This document shows, in pieces, positions 38,590 to 48,355 of a DNA stretch of 64,000 nucleotides. A model generated the notes under the pieces. The model searched no databases. It had not been told where the DNA came from and saw only the letters and a list, made by a program, of their open reading frames with translations. Every line of letters starts with the position of its first letter. The first letter of the stretch is position 1. Origin of the DNA: Chloroflexota bacterium. Lineage in GTDB: Bacteria > Chloroflexota > Limnocylindria > Limnocylindrales > CSP1-4. Made by a program: the position numbers and the translations under genes. The stretch is from positions 17,478-81,477 of the forward strand of contig PNAZ01000154.1 of the NCBI GenBank assembly GCA_003169655.1. The letters run 5' to 3'.

Positions 38590-39543
38590 CTAGTTCCGGA
38601 GGACTGCGCGGGCCATTGCAGCGTCGGCAATTGCGGTCCCAGTTGAGTCGAACACGATGTTCTCTTCATTCGACATGCGCCCCCGCGCTTGGCCGGCAAC
38701 GATGGCGCCGAGTTCTGCTCGTACCTTCTCCACCGCTAGAAGATTGGCCCTCACGGCATGTCCAAGTTCTCCAACCAGCAGACATTGAGCCGTCGAGTCC
38801 GTCACGACGCCTGCGTGAGCCAAGATTTCGGGCGGGAGTTCCTGCTTTCCTGGGGCGTCACTGCCGAGAGCGAGGATCGTGGTTCCCGGGCGTACGTCCA
38901 CCGCTTGGAACCACGGGCTCGTCGATGCCGTGGCCGTCACCACGATGTCGGCCTCTGCGAGACCGTCGGCGACGTGGGCTACGGTCTTTACCCGGAGACC
39001 GGCCTCCCGGAGCGACCGCGCAAGTCGCTGCCGTTTTCGCGGGTCCCGACCAGAAACGATGACGCGCTGGATCGCTTGGACGTGATGGATCGCGACCGTG
39101 GCGGCCCGGGCGACTCGGCCGGTCCCTATGACGAGGAGCACAGACGCATCTCGAGGAGCGAGGTACTTACTCGCGACGGCGGCAACGGCGGCTGTCCGCA
39201 GCACCGTCAATCTCGCCGACCCGATGAGGGCGAGCGGGCGCCCATCCTCACCTGATGAGACAAGCATGACCCCACGCACGGTCGATTCCACGCCGCCAAG
39301 GTGAGTTCGATCGAATCGACCATTGACCTTCGTTACGACCAAGGGTGGGTCGGCATATCGCAGGCCCCCGGAAACGATGTGAAATGTGCCGTTGTCGACC
39401 CGGACTAGGGTCCTTCCTCCCGAGTAGGCTAAACCCATCCCAGCGAGCCTAAATCCCTCCTCAACCCCGGCGATCGCGTCCTCGATCGTCAGGTTCCGTA
39501 TGGCGTCCTCATCATCGATGACACGGAACTCGCCAGATATCAC
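38590..39543 (-). CDS. Ornithine cyclodeaminase / mu-crystallin family protein
   Basis: It has the family length and a Rossmann 'VIGTGRVA' pattern. Confidence 0.75.
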   Translation of the reverse strand: MISGEFRVIDDEDAIRNLTIEDAIAGVEEGFRLAGMGLAYSGGRTLVRVDNGTFHIVSGGLRYADPPLVVTKVNGRFDRTHLGGVESTVRGVMLVSSGEDGRPLALIGSARLTVLRTAAVAAVASKYLAPRDASVLLVIGTGRVARAATVAIHHVQAIQRVIVSGRDPRKRQRLARSLREAGLRVKTVAHVADGLAEADIVVTATASTSPWFQAVDVRPGTTILALGSDAPGKQELPPEILAHAGVVTDSTAQCLLVGELGHAVRANLLAVEKVRAELGAIVAGQARGRMSNEENIVFDSTGTAIADAAMARAVLRN

Positions 39544-39750
39544 GACAACGATTATGCGCTACAATTGCCGCCACCGGAAATATTCTTTCTGCGCAACCAT
39601 CTCGGAGAAGCATTCTTGTCGAGGCAACCGGACCCGGGCCCAGTCATGCAAGTGTTTCTGGCTGGACGTTAGGTAGTCCGACAACCGTAGTTCGGGCTTC
39701 GCCCGGACGCTCGGAGGCGCACCGATCTTGGCAACTCAGAATCAAGTCTG

Positions 39751-41358
39751 TTGGGTGTCAAACCACCCGCCGACTGCGGGAACAGCCAACGACCGGGCCG
39801 ATTCGTGACCGTTTTGGTGGGTGGTATCGTCATCGATGGGTCAGGACGACCGGGTCGACGGCAAGACGTCAGAATCGATAGGTCGCGAATTGCCGAGATC
39901 GCCGAACCAGGTTCCTTGCGAGGCCCAGATATGATCGACGCCACGGACCTCGTCGTTTCCCCTGGATTCATCGACGCACACGTCCATGCCGATCTGGCTC
40001 TATTAGCTAATCCGCACATGGAGGGTCTTGTCACACAAGGCGTTACGAGCGTAATTCTTGGCCAAGACGGTCTTGGTTACGCACCAGGCTCATCATCGAC
40101 GACGTCGTTCATGGCAACGTACGCGGCGGGCATCAATGGACCGGCATGGCCAGGGGTCGGATGGACGACAGTTCGCGGCTATCTGAGGGCGCTCGATTCT
40201 GGGACGGTGCACAACGCGGCCTTTCTGGTGCCGCACGGGTGTGTCCGAATGGAAATCATGGGGCTGAGTGACCGGATTGCAACAGACAACGAACTGCTAA
40301 AGATGTCTGACATGGTCGACCACGGTATCGGCGATGGAGCGATCGGTGTCTCGACTGGCTTGCACTACATTCCTGCCGCTCATGCCGACGGCCGCGAGCT
40401 AATTGCTTTGGGACTTGGCGCTCGCGGCACGGTCTACGTCACGCATATGCGGGACTATGAATCCGGACGGGACGAGGCCCTTCAGGAGAGTATTGAGGTC
40501 GGTCGACTGGCCAGATGTCGCGTACATATTTCCCACTTGAACATGCGACCGACGGAGGGATTACCGGCCATTGAGCAGGCGCGCTCGATGGGCATCGACG
40601 TAACGTACGACACGTATCCCTATCTCTATGGCATGACTCTACTGACTCGCATCCTCCCAATAAGTCTCAGTTCGATACCTCCGGCCGAACTAGTTCGCGA
40701 GCTTCGGGATCCGACCACTCGTGCGTCGTTGAGCACTTTTCTGGAGTCGCCTGAACGGGCTTGGGCGACGAAGCGACTCGGCTCAATTGTCGCAACCGAA
40801 TATCAGGACCTTGAAGGTCTCACGATTGACGAGGCTGCTCGCGTCCGTGGGAGCTCAGTCACCGACATTGTGTGCGACGTTCTCGTTGCATGCAATCTCG
40901 AGGTGGCAGTCATTGGGTCGCGCCACCATCGGCAGAACGAGGTTGACGTCGAGGGTCTAATGCGGCACGAAGCCCATGTATTTGGTAGTGATGGGATTTT
41001 CGCGGGCGCGATGACCCACCCTCGAGGGTACGGGACGTTCGCTCGGATACTAGGCGAGTACGTGCGTGATCGGGGCGTGCTCGAGCTCGAGACCGCAATC
41101 GAACACATGACTTCACGCACAGCGGCGATTTTCGGCTTGACGCGTCGCGGAAGGCTCGCTGTCGGCTATCACGCCGACGTTGTCATTTTCGATCCGGCAA
41201 CGATCAAAGCCACAGCTACGTTCGACAAGCCGCAAGGCCGAGCGGAAGGGGTGGAGCATGTCTTCGTCAATGGTGTCCCTGTGATTCGCGGTCGGGCGCT
41301 AACTGGCGCATTACCCGGACGAGCGATCCGTGGCGCCGCATCTGGCCGGGCGGCCTGA
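39751..41358 (+). CDS. D-aminoacylase (N-acyl-D-amino-acid deacylase, amidohydrolase-3 family)
   Basis: It has 'GFIDAHVHAD' and the D-aminoacylase domain order. The start may be the GTG near 39805. Confidence 0.75.
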   Translation: MGVKPPADCGNSQRPGRFVTVLVGGIVIDGSGRPGRRQDVRIDRSRIAEIAEPGSLRGPDMIDATDLVVSPGFIDAHVHADLALLANPHMEGLVTQGVTSVILGQDGLGYAPGSSSTTSFMATYAAGINGPAWPGVGWTTVRGYLRALDSGTVHNAAFLVPHGCVRMEIMGLSDRIATDNELLKMSDMVDHGIGDGAIGVSTGLHYIPAAHADGRELIALGLGARGTVYVTHMRDYESGRDEALQESIEVGRLARCRVHISHLNMRPTEGLPAIEQARSMGIDVTYDTYPYLYGMTLLTRILPISLSSIPPAELVRELRDPTTRASLSTFLESPERAWATKRLGSIVATEYQDLEGLTIDEAARVRGSSVTDIVCDVLVACNLEVAVIGSRHHRQNEVDVEGLMRHEAHVFGSDGIFAGAMTHPRGYGTFARILGEYVRDRGVLELETAIEHMTSRTAAIFGLTRRGRLAVGYHADVVIFDPATIKATATFDKPQGRAEGVEHVFVNGVPVIRGRALTGALPGRAIRGAASGRAA

Positions 41359-41383
41359 GTTAGGCCCGGGCCACCACTTACTT

Positions 41384-42517
41384 ATGGATCGAATCCGTGT
41401 AATCAGAACGCACGTCCTTGCAATTCCGCATCGCCAGCGGTACCACTGGGCGATCGGCGCCCCCGAGGGGACAAACAACGTCCTGGTGGAGATCGAGACC
41501 GAGGGTGGCGTGATCGGGATTGGTGACGCATGTGGAACCAGGTCGGCAATCGCAACCTCGGCAACAATCGAGACAGTCGCGCCTTTACTTGTCGGCGAAG
41601 ACCCATTCAGGATCGAGTGGCTTCTCGGTCGACTCTACCGGCAAGGAAACTGGAGCAACCAACGACGTTTCGCCAATCAGGCCTTCGCTGGTATCGAAAT
41701 GGCCCTTTGGGACATCTGCGGGAAAACCACGGGCCAGCCGGTCGCGAGTCTTCTTGGTGGTCGCGTCCGAGACCGCATCGAGTGGTTTGGGTTCATTCAA
41801 GGCTACGAGCCCACGGAGCTTGCGGACCATGCGAGGCAACTCGTCGAGCGAGGATTCACCGTTCTCTATATGAAGGTAGGCATCGAGCCGGAACGCGACG
41901 TTCGGGCGGTGCGCGCCGTACGACAAGCAGTCGGATCTGAGGTCCGGATTCGTGTCGATGCGAACGAGGCGTGGGACCGACTTACCGCACGACGAATGAT
42001 TCGCCGGCTCGGCGAGTTCGATCTTGATTGGGTTGAGCAGCCGCTTGTCTTTTACGACCTCGACGGAATGGCAGAGCTTCGCCGCAGCGTCGAGACGCCA
42101 ATCGCCCTCGATCAATCGGTGTTTACAGATTACGACGTCTACCAAGCCTGTGCTGCCGGGGCGGCTGATGTAGTCGTCGTTGGTTTTCATGAGACGGGCG
42201 GGCTTCTTTCCCTCCGGAAGGCAGCAGCCGTGGCCGCAGCTGCCGGGGTGCAATTGAACCGGCATGCCGTGATCGGCGAGTCCGGCGTATCGACCTTGGC
42301 TGCCCTCCAGGTGCTCGCCACGATTCCCAATCTGACGGATGGCAATCAGGTAATGGAAGGACTATTTGTGGATGACACTATCACCGACGGCCTATTCACC
42401 ATTGAAGCCGGGTCTTCCCTCGTGCCCTCTGGACCCGGTCTTGGGGTCGAGATCGACTGGGAACGCGTGCGCTATTTCCGAGACCTGTTCTTGAGGGTTG
42501 GTCAGTATCCGAATTGA
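41384..42517 (+). CDS. Enolase-superfamily MR/MLE enzyme (mandelate racemase / N-acylamino-acid racemase-like)
   Basis: It has 'KVG' and 'RVDANEAW', and D/E/D metal ligands. The ATG is at 41384. Confidence 0.75.
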   Translation: MDRIRVIRTHVLAIPHRQRYHWAIGAPEGTNNVLVEIETEGGVIGIGDACGTRSAIATSATIETVAPLLVGEDPFRIEWLLGRLYRQGNWSNQRRFANQAFAGIEMALWDICGKTTGQPVASLLGGRVRDRIEWFGFIQGYEPTELADHARQLVERGFTVLYMKVGIEPERDVRAVRAVRQAVGSEVRIRVDANEAWDRLTARRMIRRLGEFDLDWVEQPLVFYDLDGMAELRRSVETPIALDQSVFTDYDVYQACAAGAADVVVVGFHETGGLLSLRKAAAVAAAAGVQLNRHAVIGESGVSTLAALQVLATIPNLTDGNQVMEGLFVDDTITDGLFTIEAGSSLVPSGPGLGVEIDWERVRYFRDLFLRVGQYPN

Positions 42518-42538
42518 CGGGGTCGAGAAGGAACGAGC

Positions 42539-43534
42539 ATGCAGATCCTAGTTGCGTCTCCGAATTTCTCGGATGCCGCGATCTCGGCCCTTCGCGTGGC
42601 CGCTCACATTGAGTCGAACGAGTTCATTGTCGTGCCGTGTCGAAACCAGGCTGAGATTGATGCAGCATGCCGCAGCGATCCAGAGGTTGTTATCGCTGAT
42701 GGTTTCCCGTCTGGGTCGAACCCGTCTCTCCGTTGGGTTCAGGTGCTGTCATCGGGGGTCGACCGACTCGGCGCAACGAGCCTCTGGTCTGATGACCGGG
42801 TCCAAATCACTACCGCCGGTGGTGTGGCGTCGTCGGCGATCGCCAACCATGCAATCGCCCTAATCCTCCATAGGTTGTTGGGCCTGGGCTCCGTGTTGAC
42901 GACGACGAGGAACGGAGGGTGGTACGAGCTCAGTCGTCCCGCACGACAAGTCTCTGGCCAGACCCTGGGAATAATTGGGCTTGGCTCGATCGGCTCCCGG
43001 ATAGCAGCTATCGCCGAGCAACTCGGGTTTCACCTCATTTCGGTCGAGCGGTCAACACCTTCAGGGCCGCCGCGATATCGCCTTCCCTGGGTAGTTGACC
43101 TCGAGGAAGGTCATCGACCGAACGTGACATATTTCTCACTCAATGACGTTCTGGCTCGCAGCGATGTGCTCGTCTTGGCTGCACCCGCCACGAACGAGAC
43201 TCGACACCTCATTTCGGCCGAGGCGCTCGCCAAAGTTAAGCCAGGCGTCATTATCGTCAACGTGGCTCGCGGGTCGCTAATTGACGAAGCTGCCCTAATC
43301 GCGGCGGTTGAGCAAGGTACCGTGGGTGGGGCATGTCTGGACGTTACGAATGACGAACCGCCTCCGTTCGGCAGTCCGCTCCGCTCTCTGGAGAACGTGG
43401 ATTTGACCCCACACATGGCGGGCTGGTTCGAGGGTTACTACGATGAAGCTCTCGGCCTGGTCACAACAAACATTGCGCGATACCGCGAAGGACTTCCTCT
43501 CCTGAATGTCATTCGCCCGGTGGACACTAGATGA
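42539..43534 (+). CDS. D-isomer-specific 2-hydroxyacid dehydrogenase (NAD-binding)
   Basis: It has 'GIIGLGSIG' and the 'ARG...D' catalytic pattern, followed by 'TPH'. Confidence 0.8.
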   Translation: MQILVASPNFSDAAISALRVAAHIESNEFIVVPCRNQAEIDAACRSDPEVVIADGFPSGSNPSLRWVQVLSSGVDRLGATSLWSDDRVQITTAGGVASSAIANHAIALILHRLLGLGSVLTTTRNGGWYELSRPARQVSGQTLGIIGLGSIGSRIAAIAEQLGFHLISVERSTPSGPPRYRLPWVVDLEEGHRPNVTYFSLNDVLARSDVLVLAAPATNETRHLISAEALAKVKPGVIIVNVARGSLIDEAALIAAVEQGTVGGACLDVTNDEPPPFGSPLRSLENVDLTPHMAGWFEGYYDEALGLVTTNIARYREGLPLLNVIRPVDTR

Positions 43535-44202
43535 CCACAGCAGGCCAATCCATCCCAAACCCTCGAGAAGTTTCTTCGGCGCCGACTGCCACGGTCCATC
43601 CCGGAACCGTTCTCGTTGTCTGGGATCATGGCGGACTTCAGCTGCGAGATGATTTGGGTGAGATTCTGTATGTGTCCTTATATGACTATCGGTTCGATAT
43701 TTTCGACGGAGCTGGACATGTCGCCATCGTTCGGCTGCGCTCCCTTAACGGCGAACCCGCAGTGGATCTTACGTTGACCGACAACGCCCGCCTTGCTGCA
43801 AGCCACCTCGAACGCCGGGCACGCATGCGCCGGCTGGTAGCGGGCCATGCAAGGCCCGCCCAATTCGTGAAATCAGAGTCCAGGGATACACTCAAGTACC
43901 GGGTTGAGGGATCCGACCTCGCCATGGAATTCGAATGGAGTGGCTTGGGGCGCCCAATCTTCATGACGGGTTTACACCCTCAGCAAGCCGACATCGATGT
44001 CTTCGGGCAGGTGCGTGAGGCTAGCCAGTTTCGAGCGGCCGTCAACGGCCGCGTGGTACCCGGCTCCGCCTTCTCGAACGAGGTCTACACGCCTTGGCTC
44101 GGGAGGCCGCTGCACTCCGCGGCAGTTACGATCGGAGAGGTGCTGATCGCCCGAGAGGGCTCTGACCCGGTTGCCCTTTGGACCCAGGGCCACCGTCGGT
44201 AG
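43531..44202 (+). CDS. Uncharacterised protein, cysteine-free and 223 aa, paralogous to the N-terminal two-thirds of 46291..47358
   Basis: ATGA overlaps the dehydrogenase stop. The shared blocks 'YVSLYDY.FD' / 'YLSWYTFDY' and 'VYTPWLGRPLHSAAVTIGEVLI' / 'AWVTWLGRPLSSALVALGEIIV' recur in the paralogue. Confidence 0.6.
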   Translation: MTTAGQSIPNPREVSSAPTATVHPGTVLVVWDHGGLQLRDDLGEILYVSLYDYRFDIFDGAGHVAIVRLRSLNGEPAVDLTLTDNARLAASHLERRARMRRLVAGHARPAQFVKSESRDTLKYRVEGSDLAMEFEWSGLGRPIFMTGLHPQQADIDVFGQVREASQFRAAVNGRVVPGSAFSNEVYTPWLGRPLHSAAVTIGEVLIAREGSDPVALWTQGHRR

Positions 44203-44222
44203 TAGCCCGTCCGGGGCCCCCG

Positions 44223-45416
44223 TCACTGCACCTTCGGAGTCGTCCGCGCCGTTCTGTCCGTCAGTGACACGCTGCTTCGGCCTGACGAGCCCGAGCTCAA
44301 TGAGGCGCGGATCCGACGACGACCTTGCATTCCGACGTTCGATGGGTAGCTGATCGCTACACGACTGTTCCCTTCAGCTTGCGAAGCTAGCGCGGCATCG
44401 ATAATAGCCACAGACTTCCAAGCCTCCTTTGCCGGTGAGGTGAGGTCCCACGTGCCGAAGCGTGCACGCAGGAGATCCTCGATCGCCACTTGGACGCCAA
44501 GGTTGATGCTACCGATCGTGATGGGTCGCTGAACTGGCCCGTCTCCATCATCGAACGTCATTACAACACCTGCTGATGACAAAGTAATCGATCCGGCGTC
44601 ACCAATCAGGCTCACAGTTTGTTCGCGGTAGGCGCTCTTCCGATCGCAAATAAACGCGCGGGCCGCCCCTTCGAATGCGATATACAGATTCGAGCCTGGC
44701 TCGAGGGCTGGATCTGCACCACCCTCTGCACCGTAGGTGCGTCCATACCGTTCGAATCCTTCGTCGAAATCAGCGACGACCCATTCCGGACGAGAGGCCG
44801 CAAAATAGCATGCGAGATCCACGAAATGGCTCGTGTTGCGGAAAAGCATCGCCCGGGGACCGCCATTTCGCATGACAATCTGGGAAAGCGGCCCGATTGA
44901 GCCGGATTGTAGTTCCCGCTGCGCGGCCTGAAACTCAGGCCTGAATCGTCGAGTATAGTTGACTTGGATCGACGCCCCCGTGACTGCAGCGAGTGCGACA
45001 ATGTCATTTGCTTCAACTAGGTCTGTCACGAGAGGCTTTTCGGCGAAGATCAGGCGACTTCCGGCGTCGATGCTATCGACAATGATTGATCGGTGGAGGT
45101 GATCGGGGGTCGCGACCGTAACGAGGTCCGGAGTCACGTGCGCAAGAAGCTCGCGATGATCTGCGAAAGTGCGGACGTTCGGCCACCGGCCGCCCCAGGT
45201 ATCGAGGAATCGGTTCCGTGCATCGGCCGAGACGTCGGCGACAGCAACAACTTCGACTCCTCCGATTGCTGCCAGCGCGGATGCGTGGCTCTGGGGCAGG
45301 CCAGACTCTGTAGCTCGGTGCCTGCCATGTGGCGGTTGGCTGGCCCCCATTGCTCCAAGTCCAACAATGGCCGCCCGGACTGGCTCCTGACGATTAGGTT
45401 TCGGCGGTGGAGTCAT
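44223..45416 (-). CDS. Gfo/Idh/MocA family oxidoreductase
   Basis: It has 'VRAAIVGLGAMG' and 'EKPL'. Confidence 0.75.
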   Translation of the reverse strand: MTPPPKPNRQEPVRAAIVGLGAMGASQPPHGRHRATESGLPQSHASALAAIGGVEVVAVADVSADARNRFLDTWGGRWPNVRTFADHRELLAHVTPDLVTVATPDHLHRSIIVDSIDAGSRLIFAEKPLVTDLVEANDIVALAAVTGASIQVNYTRRFRPEFQAAQRELQSGSIGPLSQIVMRNGGPRAMLFRNTSHFVDLACYFAASRPEWVVADFDEGFERYGRTYGAEGGADPALEPGSNLYIAFEGAARAFICDRKSAYREQTVSLIGDAGSITLSSAGVVMTFDDGDGPVQRPITIGSINLGVQVAIEDLLRARFGTWDLTSPAKEAWKSVAIIDAALASQAEGNSRVAISYPSNVGMQGRRRIRASLSSGSSGRSSVSLTDRTARTTPKVQ

Positions 45417-46300
45417 CGAAGATCTTGTCCATGATCGGCTAAACCTACTGTCATCAGCTCCGATGCCACGATCACCTCACCGCTGAAGTGCATTCTCGCC
45501 TGCTCGATTGCAACCTCGGGATGCACTGTGCCTAGGCGGTCGTTAATATGGGTAAGGATCAAACGCCGGACGCCGGCTTCCGCCGCCAACCGACCAGCGG
45601 ACTCCGTGCCAGTGTGCCATCGGTCGAGCCCGAGGCTTTCGAGCTTTGATTGCTCATCCCAGCAAAACATGACCAACGTATCGGCGCCAGCTGCCAAATC
45701 CACGAGGCTCCTGCACGGGCGAGTATCTCCAGAGAAGACGATCGACCCCGACGGCCATTCGAATCGGTAGGCGAGAGACTCCAGATAGGGTTGGGCATGC
45801 TCGACGACGTCCATCCGTACCCCCCAACCGCGCGTTTCGACAGTGCTATGGGGATCGAGGACCTTGACATCTAGCGACATCGGCCTTCGAGGTAAAGTCC
45901 CTCCGCGCTGAACGTGCACGATCTGACTGGGTGGCTGGTTCAGGCGTGCGGCCAAGTCAAAGGCGAAGGCGCCATCCGGCCCAAAAAGTCGTTCCGTTAC
46001 TTCACTTGTCGGCCATGGCCCGAACACCCGGAGGTCCGGGATGAGGTCGGCCCCTTGGTCCCACCGGCTGATGGCAAAGGCCGCATAGTCAGCATTGTGG
46101 TCAAAATGATGGTGCGTGAAGAAAAGAGACGAAACGTCACCTGGAGCGAACCCGGCTCTCGCGAGCTTTTGCGTTACAGCCGGACCGCAGTCTATCAGGA
46201 TCCGGTCGCCGTCCAAGTCTAGAAGGTATCCTGAGCCAAACCTATTGGGGGTTGCTTTTGGCGTACCGGCGCCGAGAACGTGCAGTAGCTTCACGGCCAC
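45413..46300 (-). CDS. MBL-fold metallo-hydrolase
   Basis: It has the 'HHHFDH' motif. Confidence 0.75.
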   Translation of the reverse strand: MAVKLLHVLGAGTPKATPNRFGSGYLLDLDGDRILIDCGPAVTQKLARAGFAPGDVSSLFFTHHHFDHNADYAAFAISRWDQGADLIPDLRVFGPWPTSEVTERLFGPDGAFAFDLAARLNQPPSQIVHVQRGGTLPRRPMSLDVKVLDPHSTVETRGWGVRMDVVEHAQPYLESLAYRFEWPSGSIVFSGDTRPCRSLVDLAAGADTLVMFCWDEQSKLESLGLDRWHTGTESAGRLAAEAGVRRLILTHINDRLGTVHPEVAIEQARMHFSGEVIVASELMTVGLADHGQDLR

Positions 46301-47358
46301 CCTACCTCGATTGGAGACTCGAGATCGGCGACAGAGCTCCCAGATTCTAGTGTTCCGGCCTTGAAGGCGACGAAGGCATCGGAATCAGCCGCGGCCCTCA
46401 CGCCAGCGTGCCAGATTCCAGGATCGATCAACACAAGGGTGTGCGCTGCGACCCGAAACGCATGGGGTCGACCAGGGTGATTAGCGGATGGCGACCACCC
46501 GCGAGCGAAGACCACAAGGCACCAATCCGAGTCAGGGAGCAATGTCAGCTGGGGACTCCTATGATGGACTTCGACGCCGCTCGTTTGGGCCTGGGTTGGT
46601 CTCTTAAGGTGCGGAATTCGAACCTCTGCCGGACCCACGATGATGGACGCTACGCACGCGTCCCACGCCTCCCTCGTCATCGATTCAGCGAACGCGGTCG
46701 GGACTTCAAGCAACTTCCCATAGGGCGCAAAACTCTCCCTGTTGATATCACGAACGGGGATCACACTGGACATGACGCCGGCTTGAACGATGATCTCCCC
46801 AAGAGCCACGAGGGCCGAGGAGAGCGGGCGTCCTAGCCAAGTCACCCAAGCGTCATTCAAGTATGGGTCTCCAACGATGTCCGTCCCGTCCACGCGAACC
46901 GAAGCTGTTTCGGCCTCAAGGAGGACGGAATAGGTTTCGTGTGTCGCAGGTCTTGAGGGCGAGGGTCCTGCCGCAAAGAGCGGTGTGGCGAGCCCGTGCC
47001 ACACGAGCTCGATCCGGTTGGTTGGTGACTCGATCGAGCCGCTTTGCGATTCTCCGAGTCCGCTCGTCGTGAACTGGGCCTGGACCGGCGGATCCTTGAG
47101 ATACCGACTTCGGTCTGCAGCTGGTCCGACCGTCCGGCCGACAGCCTCAAAGAGTGGGATCGAGTCGGTCAAAACGAGGTAGGTCGGATCCTCGTCCATG
47201 CCTAGCCGGACAAACGCGAGGTTCCCATTTGGTCCGGCGCTCGTATAGTCGAACGTGTACCAACTGAGGTAGAAGCTGGTACCAAGGCCCCGACGCAAGC
47301 CGAGAACGCGGTGGTCCATGACCCATTCGATCGAAGGGAGGACTCGCGCAACTGCCAT
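46291..47358 (-). CDS. Two-domain protein: uncharacterised domain (paralogue of 43531..44202) + C-terminal ureidoglycolate-lyase (AllA)-like cupin
   Basis: The C-terminal 'NRESFAPYGKLLEV', 'VEVHHRSPQ' and 'GIWHAGV' align to AllA 'SQEAFSAYGDVIET', 'LERHPLGTQ' and 'NVWHHPL'. The start could be 47358 or 47373. Confidence 0.6.
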   Translation of the reverse strand: MAVARVLPSIEWVMDHRVLGLRRGLGTSFYLSWYTFDYTSAGPNGNLAFVRLGMDEDPTYLVLTDSIPLFEAVGRTVGPAADRSRYLKDPPVQAQFTTSGLGESQSGSIESPTNRIELVWHGLATPLFAAGPSPSRPATHETYSVLLEAETASVRVDGTDIVGDPYLNDAWVTWLGRPLSSALVALGEIIVQAGVMSSVIPVRDINRESFAPYGKLLEVPTAFAESMTREAWDACVASIIVGPAEVRIPHLKRPTQAQTSGVEVHHRSPQLTLLPDSDWCLVVFARGWSPSANHPGRPHAFRVAAHTLVLIDPGIWHAGVRAAADSDAFVAFKAGTLESGSSVADLESPIEVGWP

Positions 47359-47395
47359 CTCATCTCTCCACACTGCGAGTGGATATAATAGCGCA

Positions 47396-48355
47396 ATGAG
47401 AAATCCAAGTGGGGGGGGCGTGGTCGTTCTCGATCCCCGTCCAAGCCGAAGCTACGCGATCGAGAGTGCACTCTTCGACTCGCACGGCATTGGGTTCCTC
47501 GTGCCGGATTCGAATCGAGCGACGCCTGTAGAGCTCGGGGGAGCGGATGTACTTCTGGTCCATCTCGGCCCGATCCGCCCAGCCGACGTGGCAGCGATGA
47601 CTCGGGCGCGCGGTGTCGTCATCTACGCAATCGGGAGGGACGCAGCCGACTCGCCGGAGGTCAAGGAATCTGGACTACTTGTCCGGAGCGTACCTGGCTA
47701 CTGCATCGACGAGGTTTCTGATCACGCCATAGCCTTGCTCCTCGCGAGCGAGCGCCAGATCGTCGGGTTGGACATCGCCACACGAGAGGGCAAATGGCTC
47801 CAGGCAAAATCGTCTCTTCGCCTTCGGCGGTTGCGAGGTCGATCCCTCGGGATTGTCGGGGCTGGTCGGATCGGCAAGGAAGTCGCGCGCAAAGCGCGCG
47901 CTTTCGGCCTCCAGACTCTTGCATTCGATCCCTATTTGGCGCCCGATTCAATCGACGGCCTGACTATGGTGCCGTTCGAGGAGCTCCTGGTGCTGAGCGA
48001 TATTGTCATCCTCACGGTGCCCCTCACCGCTGAGACGCGGCACCTTATGGACGAACGGGCCTTCAGTCGGATGAGGCAAGGGTCACTGCTGGTCAACGTT
48101 TCCAGAGGCGGGGTCGTCGACGAGGTCGCGCTTGTCGCTGCTCTCGATCAGGGCCGCCCGGCGTTTGCCGCGCTCGACGTTCGCGAAGACGAGCCGCCCA
48201 TATTGAAAGACCCCCTCTTCAAGCGACGGGATGTGATCTTCACGCCCCACATCGCAGCATCGTCTGTTGAAGCTGGTGCTTCGCTTTCAACCCAAGTAGC
48301 CGAACTCGCGATCGAAATGATCGAGGGCGGGACTACATCTGCACGATCTGTTTGA
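47396..48355 (+). CDS. D-isomer-specific 2-hydroxyacid dehydrogenase
   Basis: It has 'GIVGAGRIG' and is a paralogue of 42539..43534. A TATAAT hexamer lies 7 nt upstream of the ATG, suggesting a possible leaderless transcript. A G8 run sits at 47411-47418. Confidence 0.75.
   Translation: MRNPSGGGVVVLDPRPSRSYAIESALFDSHGIGFLVPDSNRATPVELGGADVLLVHLGPIRPADVAAMTRARGVVIYAIGRDAADSPEVKESGLLVRSVPGYCIDEVSDHAIALLLASERQIVGLDIATREGKWLQAKSSLRLRRLRGRSLGIVGAGRIGKEVARKARAFGLQTLAFDPYLAPDSIDGLTMVPFEELLVLSDIVILTVPLTAETRHLMDERAFSRMRQGSLLVNVSRGGVVDEVALVAALDQGRPAFAALDVREDEPPILKDPLFKRRDVIFTPHIAASSVEAGASLSTQVAELAIEMIEGGTTSARSV

Noticed and set aside
38500-38590. A tRNA-like GGTTCGATGCC segment
   Set aside because: The flanking sequence cannot form a T-stem, acceptor stem or anticodon arm. 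It lies in the 3' untranslated tail of the ornithine cyclodeaminase gene.
42783-42795. A fourth copy of GTCTGATGAC
   Set aside because: It lies inside the 2-hydroxyacid dehydrogenase coding sequence (codons for W-S-D-D) and is not in promoter position, so it is likely coincidental.
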